Virus record (IMG/VR): IMGVR_UViG_3300042090_001530
Coordinates: 1 to 64,000 of that record
DNA: 64,000 nucleotides
Source: a virus
Taxonomy: Duplodnaviria; Caudoviricetes
Reading direction: 5' to 3' (one strand)
The notes below the pieces were generated by a model that was not told where the DNA came from, did not search any database, and saw only the letters and a program-made list of their open reading frames with translations. Within the stretch, counting starts at the first letter, position 1; each line of letters begins with the position of its first letter. This document shows positions 16,905 through 26,500 of this stretch, piece after piece. A program made the translations under genes and the position numbers.

Positions 16905-17599
16905 CGGAAAGCCGCATAGTCGAACTGTCCGAACTGGCCACGTTCCAGATCACAGATGCCGAGAAGCTGATCGTCCAGCTGCACTCGGACGTCACGCCGT
17001 CCCAGGCGGCGGAGATGGCCGACCACATCGAGGCGATCGGCTTCCCGCGCGGGCAGATGGTCATCGCGCCGCCCTGGTCCGACGTCCTCATCGAAGTCGA
17101 CAGCCAGCCCGAACCCGAATACGACGGCGGCCGCGTCAACATCACCTGGCCCGCCGCGGACAGCGGCGGCGCACTGCCCATCCAGGGTGTCACCGTTGAG
17201 GACGCGGACACCGGCAAGCAGATCCTCGCCGGATTCAAGCTCGTCCTCGGCACCGACGCCGGCTACGAGGGCGACGCGATCTACGCCGACATCACCGTCT
17301 TGGTCGACGAAGACGGCGCCATCATCACCGGCGCGCCCGTCCCGACCGACGCCTATCGGGAGCACTGCGAGCACGTCCGCGCCCAGCGCCCCGACGGGCC
17401 GCTCACCGAAGAGGGCGCCGAATACCTCGACGCACTCGACCGCGGCTTCATCGGCCGCCAGTGGCGGACCGCGGTACGGCGCTACCTGGTAGCCGAGATG
17501 CGGATCGCGGAAGACGGGTCCGCAGACAGCGTCGCCGGGAGCGTCGAGGCCGAGTACGACCTCGACACCGGCGAACGCCGCGTCGAACCGCAGGAGTAG
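16901..17599 (+). CDS. hypothetical protein (domain A + domain B)
   Basis: GTGA overlap; N-terminus resembles 19683..20057. Confidence 0.75.
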   Translation: MTESRIVELSELATFQITDAEKLIVQLHSDVTPSQAAEMADHIEAIGFPRGQMVIAPPWSDVLIEVDSQPEPEYDGGRVNITWPAADSGGALPIQGVTVEDADTGKQILAGFKLVLGTDAGYEGDAIYADITVLVDEDGAIITGAPVPTDAYREHCEHVRAQRPDGPLTEEGAEYLDALDRGFIGRQWRTAVRRYLVAEMRIAEDGSADSVAGSVEAEYDLDTGERRVEPQE

Positions 17600-17607
17600 G
17601 GGGCGTC

Positions 17608-17976
17608 ATGCGCGCGCTCATCGAGGACCCAGCGCGGCATCCGCGTGAACCCGCCGTGCAGCGTGTCGCCACCACTGCGGCCCTAACGGTGTACGCGTCG
17701 ATCGGGAACAGCGACGACAAGCTCACCCAGGCGCAGTGGTCCGAGTTCCACGACATCTTCGCCGCGCTGATCCGCACGGCGGCGACCCAGATCTTCGGCG
17801 ACTGGCTGTCCGCTTCGAACGCCAGATGGCAGAACGCATGTGTCGCGTTCGAGATCGACGTCGAGGCCGCGGACCGACTCAAGCGCGCACTGGTCAACCT
17901 CGCCGCCGAGTTCAACCAGGAATCCATCGCCTGGGCCGAGACCACCGGCACACAGTTCCTCGGACCCGGCATCTAG
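17608..17976 (+). CDS. conserved actinophage hypothetical protein
   Basis: YASIGNSDDKLTQAQWSEF...WQNAC...NQESIAW motif. Confidence 0.75.
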   Translation: MRALIEDPARHPREPAVQRVATTAALTVYASIGNSDDKLTQAQWSEFHDIFAALIRTAATQIFGDWLSASNARWQNACVAFEIDVEAADRLKRALVNLAAEFNQESIAWAETTGTQFLGPGI

Positions 17977-18033
17977 CCCCCCTCGACGTTCGAGCCGCTG
18001 CGCCCCCGATCGCTATCACCAGCAGGAGGCGCC

Positions 18034-18564
18034 ATGTTCAGCGACCGCGTGCAGCTACGACTGGCCGCAGCCGACCTCGCCGAGCGCTTCGACGCCAACG
18101 AACTCGGACCGCGACGCGTGGGCGTCCTCGAACGCGCCCGCGAGGCCCTCGAAGCCGCAGACGAAATTTTCGCGTGGGTCAACAGGCCCGCACCCGTAGC
18201 GCGCCTCGTCGGCCGCATCGGACCCCTCACTCAGATCCCGGAAGGATCCATCATGGCGAACCCCCAGATCCCCGTCGGCTACAGCTTCGACATCACCATC
18301 GAGCCGGAGGATTCGGAGGGCAACGCGGTCAGCGACACCCTGACCTGGACCTCGTCCGACGAGACCGACGCCCCGGTCACCGCCGACTCGACCACGCTGA
18401 TCGGCACCGTCGAGGTGCTCAACGCGGCCGTCGACAACGTCATCACCGCCACCGACGGCACCAACAGCTACGAGTTCACGTTCGACGGCGTGGTCGACGC
18501 CCCCGTCACCCTCGTCGGCACCGTCGGCGTCCCGACCAAGACCGACGCGGCCCCGGCCGCCTGA
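18034..18564 (+). CDS. protein with C-terminal Ig-like (BIG2-like) domain; internal start at 18253
   Basis: TLTWTSSDET motif; AGGAGG RBS before 18034 and GAAGGA before 18253. Confidence 0.6.
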   Translation: MFSDRVQLRLAAADLAERFDANELGPRRVGVLERAREALEAADEIFAWVNRPAPVARLVGRIGPLTQIPEGSIMANPQIPVGYSFDITIEPEDSEGNAVSDTLTWTSSDETDAPVTADSTTLIGTVEVLNAAVDNVITATDGTNSYEFTFDGVVDAPVTLVGTVGVPTKTDAAPAA

Positions 18565-18569
18565 CGCCC

Positions 18570-18776
18570 GTGCACCCGGCACCGGACTGCGACCCGTGCT
18601 CCTGCGGCCACATGGCCGCCAGGCACGTCAACACCACCGGCCGGTGCCGGGAACGCGACTCCTACCTTCAGCCTTGCGAATGCCCGTCGTTCGAGCACGA
18701 CGTCAACACCGACGAGCACCCCGACGACGACTTTAACGAGTTCGATCCGGACGGCGAAGGACGAGGTCAACCATGA
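18570..18776 (+). CDS. small Cys/His Zn-binding protein
   Basis: CSCGHMAARH...GRC...PCECPSF. Confidence 0.6.
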   Translation: MHPAPDCDPCSCGHMAARHVNTTGRCRERDSYLQPCECPSFEHDVNTDEHPDDDFNEFDPDGEGRGQP

Positions 18777-18964
18777 CAGCATTCTGCGACTGGGTGGCGG
18801 TCGTCGCGTTCGGGATTGCGCTCATCCTGTGTGTTATCCAGCCCAGTCCGACTGCGCCCGCGACGTATCCGGCCCGCTGGACCTGGCCCACCTTCGTGGC
18901 GCTCGGCCTCGTCGCCTGGGCGATCCCGGTCGCCCTGACGGCTTCGCACATCACGCATAGCTGA
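18773..18964 (+). CDS. small 2-TM membrane protein
   Basis: ATGA overlap; hydrophobic. Confidence 0.65.
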   Translation: MTAFCDWVAVVAFGIALILCVIQPSPTAPATYPARWTWPTFVALGLVAWAIPVALTASHITHS

Positions 18965-18970
18965 GCGGGG

Positions 18971-19339
18971 GTGACGGTGACCACCACGGGCATTCCGAGC
19001 GCGACGGCGACATCGGACGAGGTCGTAGAGATCTGGGCCGAAGGCTGGGTGATCGTCGAACTCGGCGGTCCCCGCCGGGATGTCCCCATCTTCGCGACAA
19101 CCACGATCACCGATGTCGAGTCCGGACTGCCGATCACCAGCTGTCTCGACGTCACGCTCAGCACGAGCGGCGAGCGCGCCGAATGGATCTGCGAGGCGAC
19201 GACGATCGCAGACCAGGACGGCAAGCCGCTGATCGGCTACGTGCCCCCGGGCGTGTACGCCGAGCGGTACACCGTGGATGGCGAGCCGCGCACCGCCCGG
19301 TTCCGGTGGATCGTCAAGGAATTCCGGCTCGACTCGTGA
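18971..19339 (+). CDS. hypothetical protein (domain B only)
   Basis: DVESGLPIT...DQDGKPL...TARFRWIVKEFR. Confidence 0.7.
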   Translation: MTVTTTGIPSATATSDEVVEIWAEGWVIVELGGPRRDVPIFATTTITDVESGLPITSCLDVTLSTSGERAEWICEATTIADQDGKPLIGYVPPGVYAERYTVDGEPRTARFRWIVKEFRLDS

Positions 19340-19686
19340 CCGCAGCGATCGAGGGCGCGCACAACCCCAACTCGCCGCAGGCTCTACGCGGCAAGCGCAG
19401 GTTGAAGGCTTTGGGTATCGACGTCGACATCATGGACCACGACCAGATCCGACAGGCGTACGAGACCTTCCGGGCCGCGTACATCGACATGGCCGAAGCC
19501 GGGCGCCATTTCGAGCCGATGCGGGTCGAAGGTGACCCGCTGTCTGGGGCATGTCTCCACTCGCGTTACGGCATGTTGATTGAAAGCCTCAAAGACATGC
19601 TCGGGGCACACCCCGAGGGCTGGTCACCGCCGCGCGTCACCTGGCCGACCCCCGCAGAACGCCGGACAGGGATGCGAGGACGATGA
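19336..19686 (+). CDS. hypothetical protein
   Basis: GTGA overlap upstream and ATGA overlap downstream. Confidence 0.55.
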   Translation: MTAAIEGAHNPNSPQALRGKRRLKALGIDVDIMDHDQIRQAYETFRAAYIDMAEAGRHFEPMRVEGDPLSGACLHSRYGMLIESLKDMLGAHPEGWSPPRVTWPTPAERRTGMRGR

Positions 19687-20057
19687 GTGAGCACGATGAC
19701 GAACCCGCCCGGCTCGTCCCCGATGAGGTCCGTCGCCTACGGCTCGAGCCCGGCGACCGACTCGTCGTGCGCAGCTCGAGGCTCACGTCGATCCAAGTCC
19801 ACGATTACCAGGAATACCTTCAAGCCTGGTTTCCAGACAACGAGGTCCTCGTCCTGGTCGCAGACGAGGTGTTCGTTGAGCGGGCCGCGCCCGCACCGTA
19901 CTGGATCACCACGCGCGGCGGCCACACCGTGATGTCGGACGACGACCTGCGCCGGTTCGCCGAACAGATCGCCAAGCGGATTCTGCAAAACCCGCCCAGT
20001 GTACGCAAGGACGACGACCCCGACGACGGCCTGGCAGGCGTCCCCGCGCGGAGGTGA
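19683..20057 (+). CDS. hypothetical protein (domain A)
   Basis: VRRLRLEPGDRLVV...FPDNEVLVL. Confidence 0.65.
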   Translation: MSEHDDEPARLVPDEVRRLRLEPGDRLVVRSSRLTSIQVHDYQEYLQAWFPDNEVLVLVADEVFVERAAPAPYWITTRGGHTVMSDDDLRRFAEQIAKRILQNPPSVRKDDDPDDGLAGVPARR

Positions 20058-20062
20058 GCGCG

Positions 20063-20665
20063 ATGTCCGCACAGTCCGTCAGCATCACGCCCGACCTCGG
20101 GGACTATTTCGTCACGAGGACCAGCGGACCGCTGCTCGACCGGCTCGCCGCCTGGTTCATACGCTGGTGGACGGCCCGCAAGAACGCGCAGCGCGTGTGG
20201 AAGCCGAGTGACGTAAACCATGCCGGGACGTACGTCGGGCCCACCGAGGAGTACCCGGAGGGCGCGATCGTCGAGGCGGTTCGGCGCGTCCGGTTCAACT
20301 CCGTCAACGCCTACCCGGACGCGATCTGGTCCACCGGCCGGCTCCCCGCGCACCTGACGCCGACCGCCGAGCAGCGCGCCCGGATCGTCGAGTCCGCGAA
20401 GTGGATGGTCGGGGACCGTTACAACACAGTGGACCTGCTCGCGGTCGGGCTCGCGCAGCCCCGTGCGAAGCACGTCGTCAACAGCGACACCTGGTGGGCC
20501 AAGCGCCTAGATCATGACCATCGGGAGATTTGCAGCCAAGCAGTCGACCAGCAGTACCTTGACGCGAACATTCACCTGTTTGACGACGGACGGCTCGCGG
20601 GCTTGGTGGCGCCTGAAGACCTGGCCGATCTGCTCTCTGGCCAAGCGAAAGAGGCGGCGCAGTGA
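20063..20665 (+). CDS. permuted papain-like NlpC/P60 enzyme (YaeF/YiiX family)
   Basis: GDYFVTRT...NHAGTYVG...IVEA (His first), then VGDRYN and ICSQAV (Cys), then VAPEDL. Confidence 0.75.
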   Translation: MSAQSVSITPDLGDYFVTRTSGPLLDRLAAWFIRWWTARKNAQRVWKPSDVNHAGTYVGPTEEYPEGAIVEAVRRVRFNSVNAYPDAIWSTGRLPAHLTPTAEQRARIVESAKWMVGDRYNTVDLLAVGLAQPRAKHVVNSDTWWAKRLDHDHREICSQAVDQQYLDANIHLFDDGRLAGLVAPEDLADLLSGQAKEAAQ

Positions 20666-23520
20666 GTCCATCGACGATCACACCCACCGCCGTGATGGCC
20701 GCGAACTACACGGCGAAGCCGTTCGACTTCGTGCCCTGCGACACCACGGCCGCGCCGCTCGTTGTCGCGCTGCCGGCCGCGCCCCCGGACGGCACCATCG
20801 TCGGCGTCAAAGTCATCGTCTACGGCACCGGCCACAACGTGACCATCGCCGCCAGCGGCACCGACGTCTTCAACAAGGCCCGCGGGTCGGCGACCGCCAC
20901 CCTGTCCCTGCCCGGCCAAACCCAGCTCTACCAGTACAACGCGGCCCTCGGCGTCTGGTACATCACCACCGACGACCTGCCGCTCGCGCAACTCGACACC
21001 CGCTACCTCGCCACCGCCGGCACTGCCGCCAACGCGACCGCCGTCGGCGCCGTCACCGTCACCGGAACGCCGTCCGCCGGCCAGGTCCTCACCGCGACCT
21101 CACCGAGCGCGGCCGACTGGCAGACCGGCGGCGGCAGCAGCGGTGTCACCTCGTTCAACACCCGCACCGGCGCCGTCGTCCCGGCCACCGGCGACTACAC
21201 GTGGGCACAGACCGCCGCGGCCATGGGCCTGAACACCACGGCGGTCAAAACCTCGGCATACACCCTGTCGGCCGGCGACTGGGTGCCGTGCAACGTCTCC
21301 GGCGGAAACTTCACCCTCACCCTGCCGAACGCGCCCGCGAACGGCACCCGGGTCGGGGCGAAACTCGTCGTCAACAACACGGGCGCGACCGGAGTGGTCA
21401 CCCTCGCCTGCCAGGGCTCGGACGTGTTCAACGTGTCCGGCGGCGCGACCAGCGGCACGCTACAGCTGACCAGCCAGGGCCAACTGCTGCAGTACTACTC
21501 GGGGATCTGGTACGTGCAGGCCGACGACCTGCCCCTGAGTCAACTCGACCTGCGCTACCAGCGCCTGGTCGCCGTCGGCCCGCCCACCGGCACGTACGCG
21601 ACCGACGTCGCCACCGTCAGCACGGCGATCACGAACGCGGGCACGTACGGCACCCTGTACTTCCCCTACAGCGCCACCGCATACAACGTGGACGGTCTCG
21701 CGCCGCTCACCGGGCAGACCTGGTACGGCAACGCGACCCTGCAACGGCCCGCATCCTCAAGCGCGAGCATCGTCACCGCGACCGGCATCAACTCGTTCAC
21801 GATGCGCGGACTGACGGTCGACGGCAACTCTTCGTCCACCGCCACATCGAACGCCGCGATCTACCTGATCAACACGACGTTCACGCTGCTCGAGAACCTC
21901 ACCGTGCAGAACTGCCCGTCCACCAACAACGCGATCATCCTGCGCGGTTCGGTCCGCGGCCTGATCGACGCCTGCCAGATCACCAGCTGCGGATACGGGA
22001 TCGCGATCGGCCTGAACCACGCCGACGCGTACTCGTGCTACGGCAACGTCATCCGCAACACGATGATCGATACCACCACGTGGGATGCGATCTTCCTGAC
22101 GGAGAACCTCGGATCGACCGGCTCCGTCAGCGTCGTCGGCAACGTCATCGGCACCGTCGTGACCGGCTGCACCGTACGCAACTTCGGGGACTGCGGCATC
22201 GAGATCGGCTCCGGCACCGTGCACACCGAGGTCTCCGGCTGCGCATTCATCGGCATCTCGAACGCCAACGGCAACAACGGCATCCTGTTCCGCGACGCCC
22301 AGCACGCCAACGTCACCGGCTGCACCGTCAGCAACCTGACGAAAACCGGCAGCAACGGCGTGTACTCCGTGAACCTCAACGGCAACAACGCCCACAACTC
22401 GATCAACGGCGTCGACGTGTACAACTGCGGCTACGGCTACCTCATCGTCGGCGGCACCTCCCCCACCGCGATCGGCACCGCAGCGCAGGACATCGCGATC
22501 AACGGCGGCACCATCGACACCACCGCCGCAGACGGCATCCAACTCGCCAACGTCGCAGGCTTCAACATCACCGGCACGCAGATCCACAACGCCGGAAACC
22601 AGGGAATCTCCATCGGCAAGGTCTCCTCCACCTCCGCCAGCGACGGCACGATCACCGGCGCACGGGTTTTCAACTCCTCACAGCAGACCGCCGGCGACGC
22701 CGGGATCATCCTTTTCCAGACGTCCGCGGACATCACCATCACCGGCTGCCGGATCGGCGACAACCAAGGCGCGTCCAAGACACAGGCGTACGGCATCCGG
22801 GTCTACGACTCGACCGTCACCAACGTCAAAATCACCAGCTGCGATCTGACCAACGGCGGCACCACCGCGAACTTCTCCAACAACTCCAGCGCCGCCAACG
22901 GCGTCGAGGTCTACGCCTGCACCGGCATCTCCCCGGTCGGGCTGCGCACCGCCGTCACCCGACCCGACGCAACCTGGGACGCGACCGACCACGGCCTGAT
23001 CGCCTGGTCCTACGACGCCACACTCGCCCCGGAAGGAAGCTCCGCGCCGGTCAACGGCCTCGTCTACCTCATCGGCATCCAGGTCCGGGCCCCGTTCACC
23101 ACCACCAAGGGCTACTTCTCGTGCAGCAGCGCGACGACGCCCGCCGGAACCGTGGCCGGCGAGAACTTCCTCGGACTGTACAACTCGGCCGGAACGCTCT
23201 GCGCATCCGCCGAGATCGACTCCAACCTGACTTCCTTCACAGCCGGGCTCCAGACAATCACCTGGTCGGCCGGCTACACGGGGCCGGCAGGGCAATACTG
23301 GGTGGCGCTGCTGCTCAACGGGACCACGAACCCGACGCTGTACCGTGCCGCGACCTCCGTGGACAACGCGACACCCAACGCGGGCATCACGACGGCGGCG
23401 AACTACCGGATCTGCAAGAACGGCTCCGGTGCGACGGCGCTGAGCGCGATCACGCCGTCGTCCAACACGATCAGCTCGACCAGCGACTCGCCGCGAAACT
23501 GGTGGGTCGCCATCGGCTGA
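20662..23520 (+). CDS. 952-aa right-handed beta-helix (pectate-lyase-like) fibre/tailspike protein
   Basis: Parallel beta-helix repeats (VTGCTV, ITGCRI); N-terminal duplicated module. Confidence 0.75.
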   Translation: MSPSTITPTAVMAANYTAKPFDFVPCDTTAAPLVVALPAAPPDGTIVGVKVIVYGTGHNVTIAASGTDVFNKARGSATATLSLPGQTQLYQYNAALGVWYITTDDLPLAQLDTRYLATAGTAANATAVGAVTVTGTPSAGQVLTATSPSAADWQTGGGSSGVTSFNTRTGAVVPATGDYTWAQTAAAMGLNTTAVKTSAYTLSAGDWVPCNVSGGNFTLTLPNAPANGTRVGAKLVVNNTGATGVVTLACQGSDVFNVSGGATSGTLQLTSQGQLLQYYSGIWYVQADDLPLSQLDLRYQRLVAVGPPTGTYATDVATVSTAITNAGTYGTLYFPYSATAYNVDGLAPLTGQTWYGNATLQRPASSSASIVTATGINSFTMRGLTVDGNSSSTATSNAAIYLINTTFTLLENLTVQNCPSTNNAIILRGSVRGLIDACQITSCGYGIAIGLNHADAYSCYGNVIRNTMIDTTTWDAIFLTENLGSTGSVSVVGNVIGTVVTGCTVRNFGDCGIEIGSGTVHTEVSGCAFIGISNANGNNGILFRDAQHANVTGCTVSNLTKTGSNGVYSVNLNGNNAHNSINGVDVYNCGYGYLIVGGTSPTAIGTAAQDIAINGGTIDTTAADGIQLANVAGFNITGTQIHNAGNQGISIGKVSSTSASDGTITGARVFNSSQQTAGDAGIILFQTSADITITGCRIGDNQGASKTQAYGIRVYDSTVTNVKITSCDLTNGGTTANFSNNSSAANGVEVYACTGISPVGLRTAVTRPDATWDATDHGLIAWSYDATLAPEGSSAPVNGLVYLIGIQVRAPFTTTKGYFSCSSATTPAGTVAGENFLGLYNSAGTLCASAEIDSNLTSFTAGLQTITWSAGYTGPAGQYWVALLLNGTTNPTLYRAATSVDNATPNAGITTAANYRICKNGSGATALSAITPSSNTISSTSDSPRNWWVAIG

Positions 23521-23576
23521 CCGCAGGCACACCACCGACAACTGTCCAGGCGGTTCGACGTCGGGGGTGAAATCCG

Positions 23577-26500
23577 ATGTCGCTCACCACCATCACCGTG
23601 ACCGGTTCGTACCCGGCCGGAGCCGGCAGTGGCGTCGCCACCGGGTTCGTGACGTTCGTCCCGACCGCCCGGATCGTCAACGCCGCGGGCCACACCATCA
23701 TCCCGCAACTCCCGGTCCAGGTGCAGCTGCAGCTCGGCGCGTTCTCCCTGCCCAACGTCATCACCACGGACAACGCGGGCCTGAGCCCGGCCGGGTGGGC
23801 GTGGGAAGTGACGGAGTACATCTCCGGTGTCGCGGCGGACCCCTACTACGTCTTTATTCCCAGCACCTTCGGCGAGACCGTCGACCTGTCGCAGTTGACC
23901 GAGGCCACGCCCGGCCCGATCGTCACCGCGTACGCGAACCTCGGCGCCAGCAACACGTTCACGCTGGGAAACACGTTCGCTGCGGGCATCACGGTCGAGG
24001 GCGCGTTCGAACTCGACGGAACCGGCATCGCCAGCCCGCCCGGCGGCACCACCGAGTTCCTGCGCGCCGACGGCACCTGGGACGTCCCGGCCGGAGGCGG
24101 AGGCGGGGGAGTCACCCCGCCCGCCGGGGACCTCGGCGGCACCGCCGGAGACCCCACGGTCGTCTCCACGCACCTCGCCTCGCCGCTGCCCACCGCGCAG
24201 GGCGGAACCGGCGCGGCATCGCTCGCCGCGGCGGGCCTCGTGCAGGGCGCGAACAACCTCTCGGATCTCGCGTCCGCGAGCAGCGCCCGCACCAACCTCG
24301 GCTTGGGCACGGCGGCGACCCAGTCCGCGGCCGCGTTCGATGCGGCGGGCGCCGCAGCCACCGCGCAGGCGACCGCCGAGTCCTTCGCGACCAGCGCGGT
24401 CGGCGCCGAAACGACCCGAGCCGAGGCCGCGGAAGCACTGCTGGCCCCGCTGGCCAGCCCCGCACTGACCGGCTCCCCGACAGCGCCCACGAAGACCGCG
24501 CTGACCAACAGCACGGACATCGCCACCACCGCCTACACCGACGCGGCGGTAGCGGTAGAGACGACCCGAGCCGAAGCCGCCGAAGCACTCAAGGCGCCGC
24601 TGGCCTCGCCCGCGCTCACCGGATCCCCGACCGCGCCGACACAGACCACGGGCGACAACAGCACGAAACTCGCCACGGACGCGTTCGTCACGACCGCGGT
24701 CGCCACCGAAACCACGCGCGCCGAGACGGCCGAGGCCGCGCTGCTCCCGCTGACCGGCGGAACGATGACCGGCGCGATCGCGATGGGCGCCCACAAGGTC
24801 ACCGGCCTGACCAACGGCAGCGCCCCCACGGACGCGGCGGCCTACGGGCAGATCCCGACCTCCGCGGGCAGCATCGGCGGCCTGCTCGCCGCGAACAACC
24901 TCTCGGACGTGGCCTCGGCCGGAACCGCCCGCACGAATCTGGGCCTCGGCTCGGCCGCCGTACTCGCGGGTTCCGCAGTCGCGCAGACCGCCAACAACCT
25001 CGCCGACCTGGCCAACGAAGCCACCGCGCGCACCAACCTCGGACTCGGCGGCGCCGCCGTCCTCGCCGCGAGCGCCGTGGCCCAGACGGCGAACAACCTT
25101 TCGGATCTCGCGTCCGCAACTGCGGCCCGGACCAACCTGGGACTCGGTGCGGCGGCGACGGCGTCCCTGCCGCTGCCGCTCGCCTCCGGCGGCACGGGTC
25201 TGAACGCCGCGCCCGGAGCAGTCAGCGAGTCGCTGCTCGCGACCTCGACCAGCGCCGTGGCCTGGTCCACCCAGACCTACAACATCGTCGCGTACGGCGC
25301 CGACCCCACCGGCGCCGCCGACTCCACCACCGCGATCAACAGCGCGATCGCCGCCGCCGTCGCGGCCGGCGGCACCGTCCTGATCCCGCCCGGCACGTTC
25401 TCGACGACCGGCATCGTCATCAGCGGCGCATCCAAGTTCTGCATCCGCGCGGACCGCGGCGCCACCCTGTGGATCGCCGCCCCCACCAACGCCGCACCCA
25501 CGCAGGTCACCCGCAACATCCTCACGCTCGTCGGCTGCACGGACTTCGCGATCGAGAACCTGACGATCGACGGGCGCCGCGACGCCATCGCGCCCCTCAC
25601 GGTGCTCGCCGCCAACGCCGCCTCCGGGCAGGCGTTGGTGCACGTCGCCAACGGCGCGGCCGCCGCCTACAAAGTCGGGCAGGTCCTCAACGTCTGCGGC
25701 GGCTGGACCGTCGCGAGCGGCGCGCAGCAGAACCAGCAAGACCAGAACCTCACCATCGCGTCGATCACGCCCGGCACCAGCGGCGGCAACGACACGATCA
25801 CCTTCACCGCGAACCTCGCCAACGCCTACACGTCGGCCACCGGCACCCAGACCGACGGGTACGGGCCCATCGCCGGCAACGGCGGCTACATCACCCCATG
25901 GCAGACCGGCACCGCCACCATCGCCGGACGCGTCCTGACGCAGGAAGATCAGCAGTGCGGCATCCACCTGATCGCATGCACCAGGTTCCGCGTGTCCGGC
26001 TGCGAGATAACCGGCATGTGGGAATCCGGGATCCGCTGCGGCGACCATCTGCTCAACGGCTCCGCGCAGAACGACGGCGCCACCCTCGGCACCATCACCG
26101 GCAACATCATCACGCACTGCTACGACCAGGGCATCGGCCTGTGGTGCAGCGCGAACATGACCGTCACCGGCAACACGGTCACCGCAGCGGGCTGGGCCGG
26201 GATCTGCATGACCGGTTCCGACCAGTGCACCATCACCGGGAACGTCTCGACCAACAACACGCAGCTGATCCCCAACGGGCCCGGAGGGTACGGCGCCGCG
26301 ATCGAAGGCGGCCTCGGCAACGTCGTCTCAGCGAACCAGTTCAACGGCAACGCGTACTGCCCGATCCTGCTCACCGCACTCGGCACGATCCCCTTCGGCG
26401 GACCCGCCCAGGTCGCCACCACCGTCGCGTCCGGATCGAACACCGTCGCACTGCCCGCCACCGCCGTGAACCTCGCGTCCGCGACGGGGCTCGCCACGGC

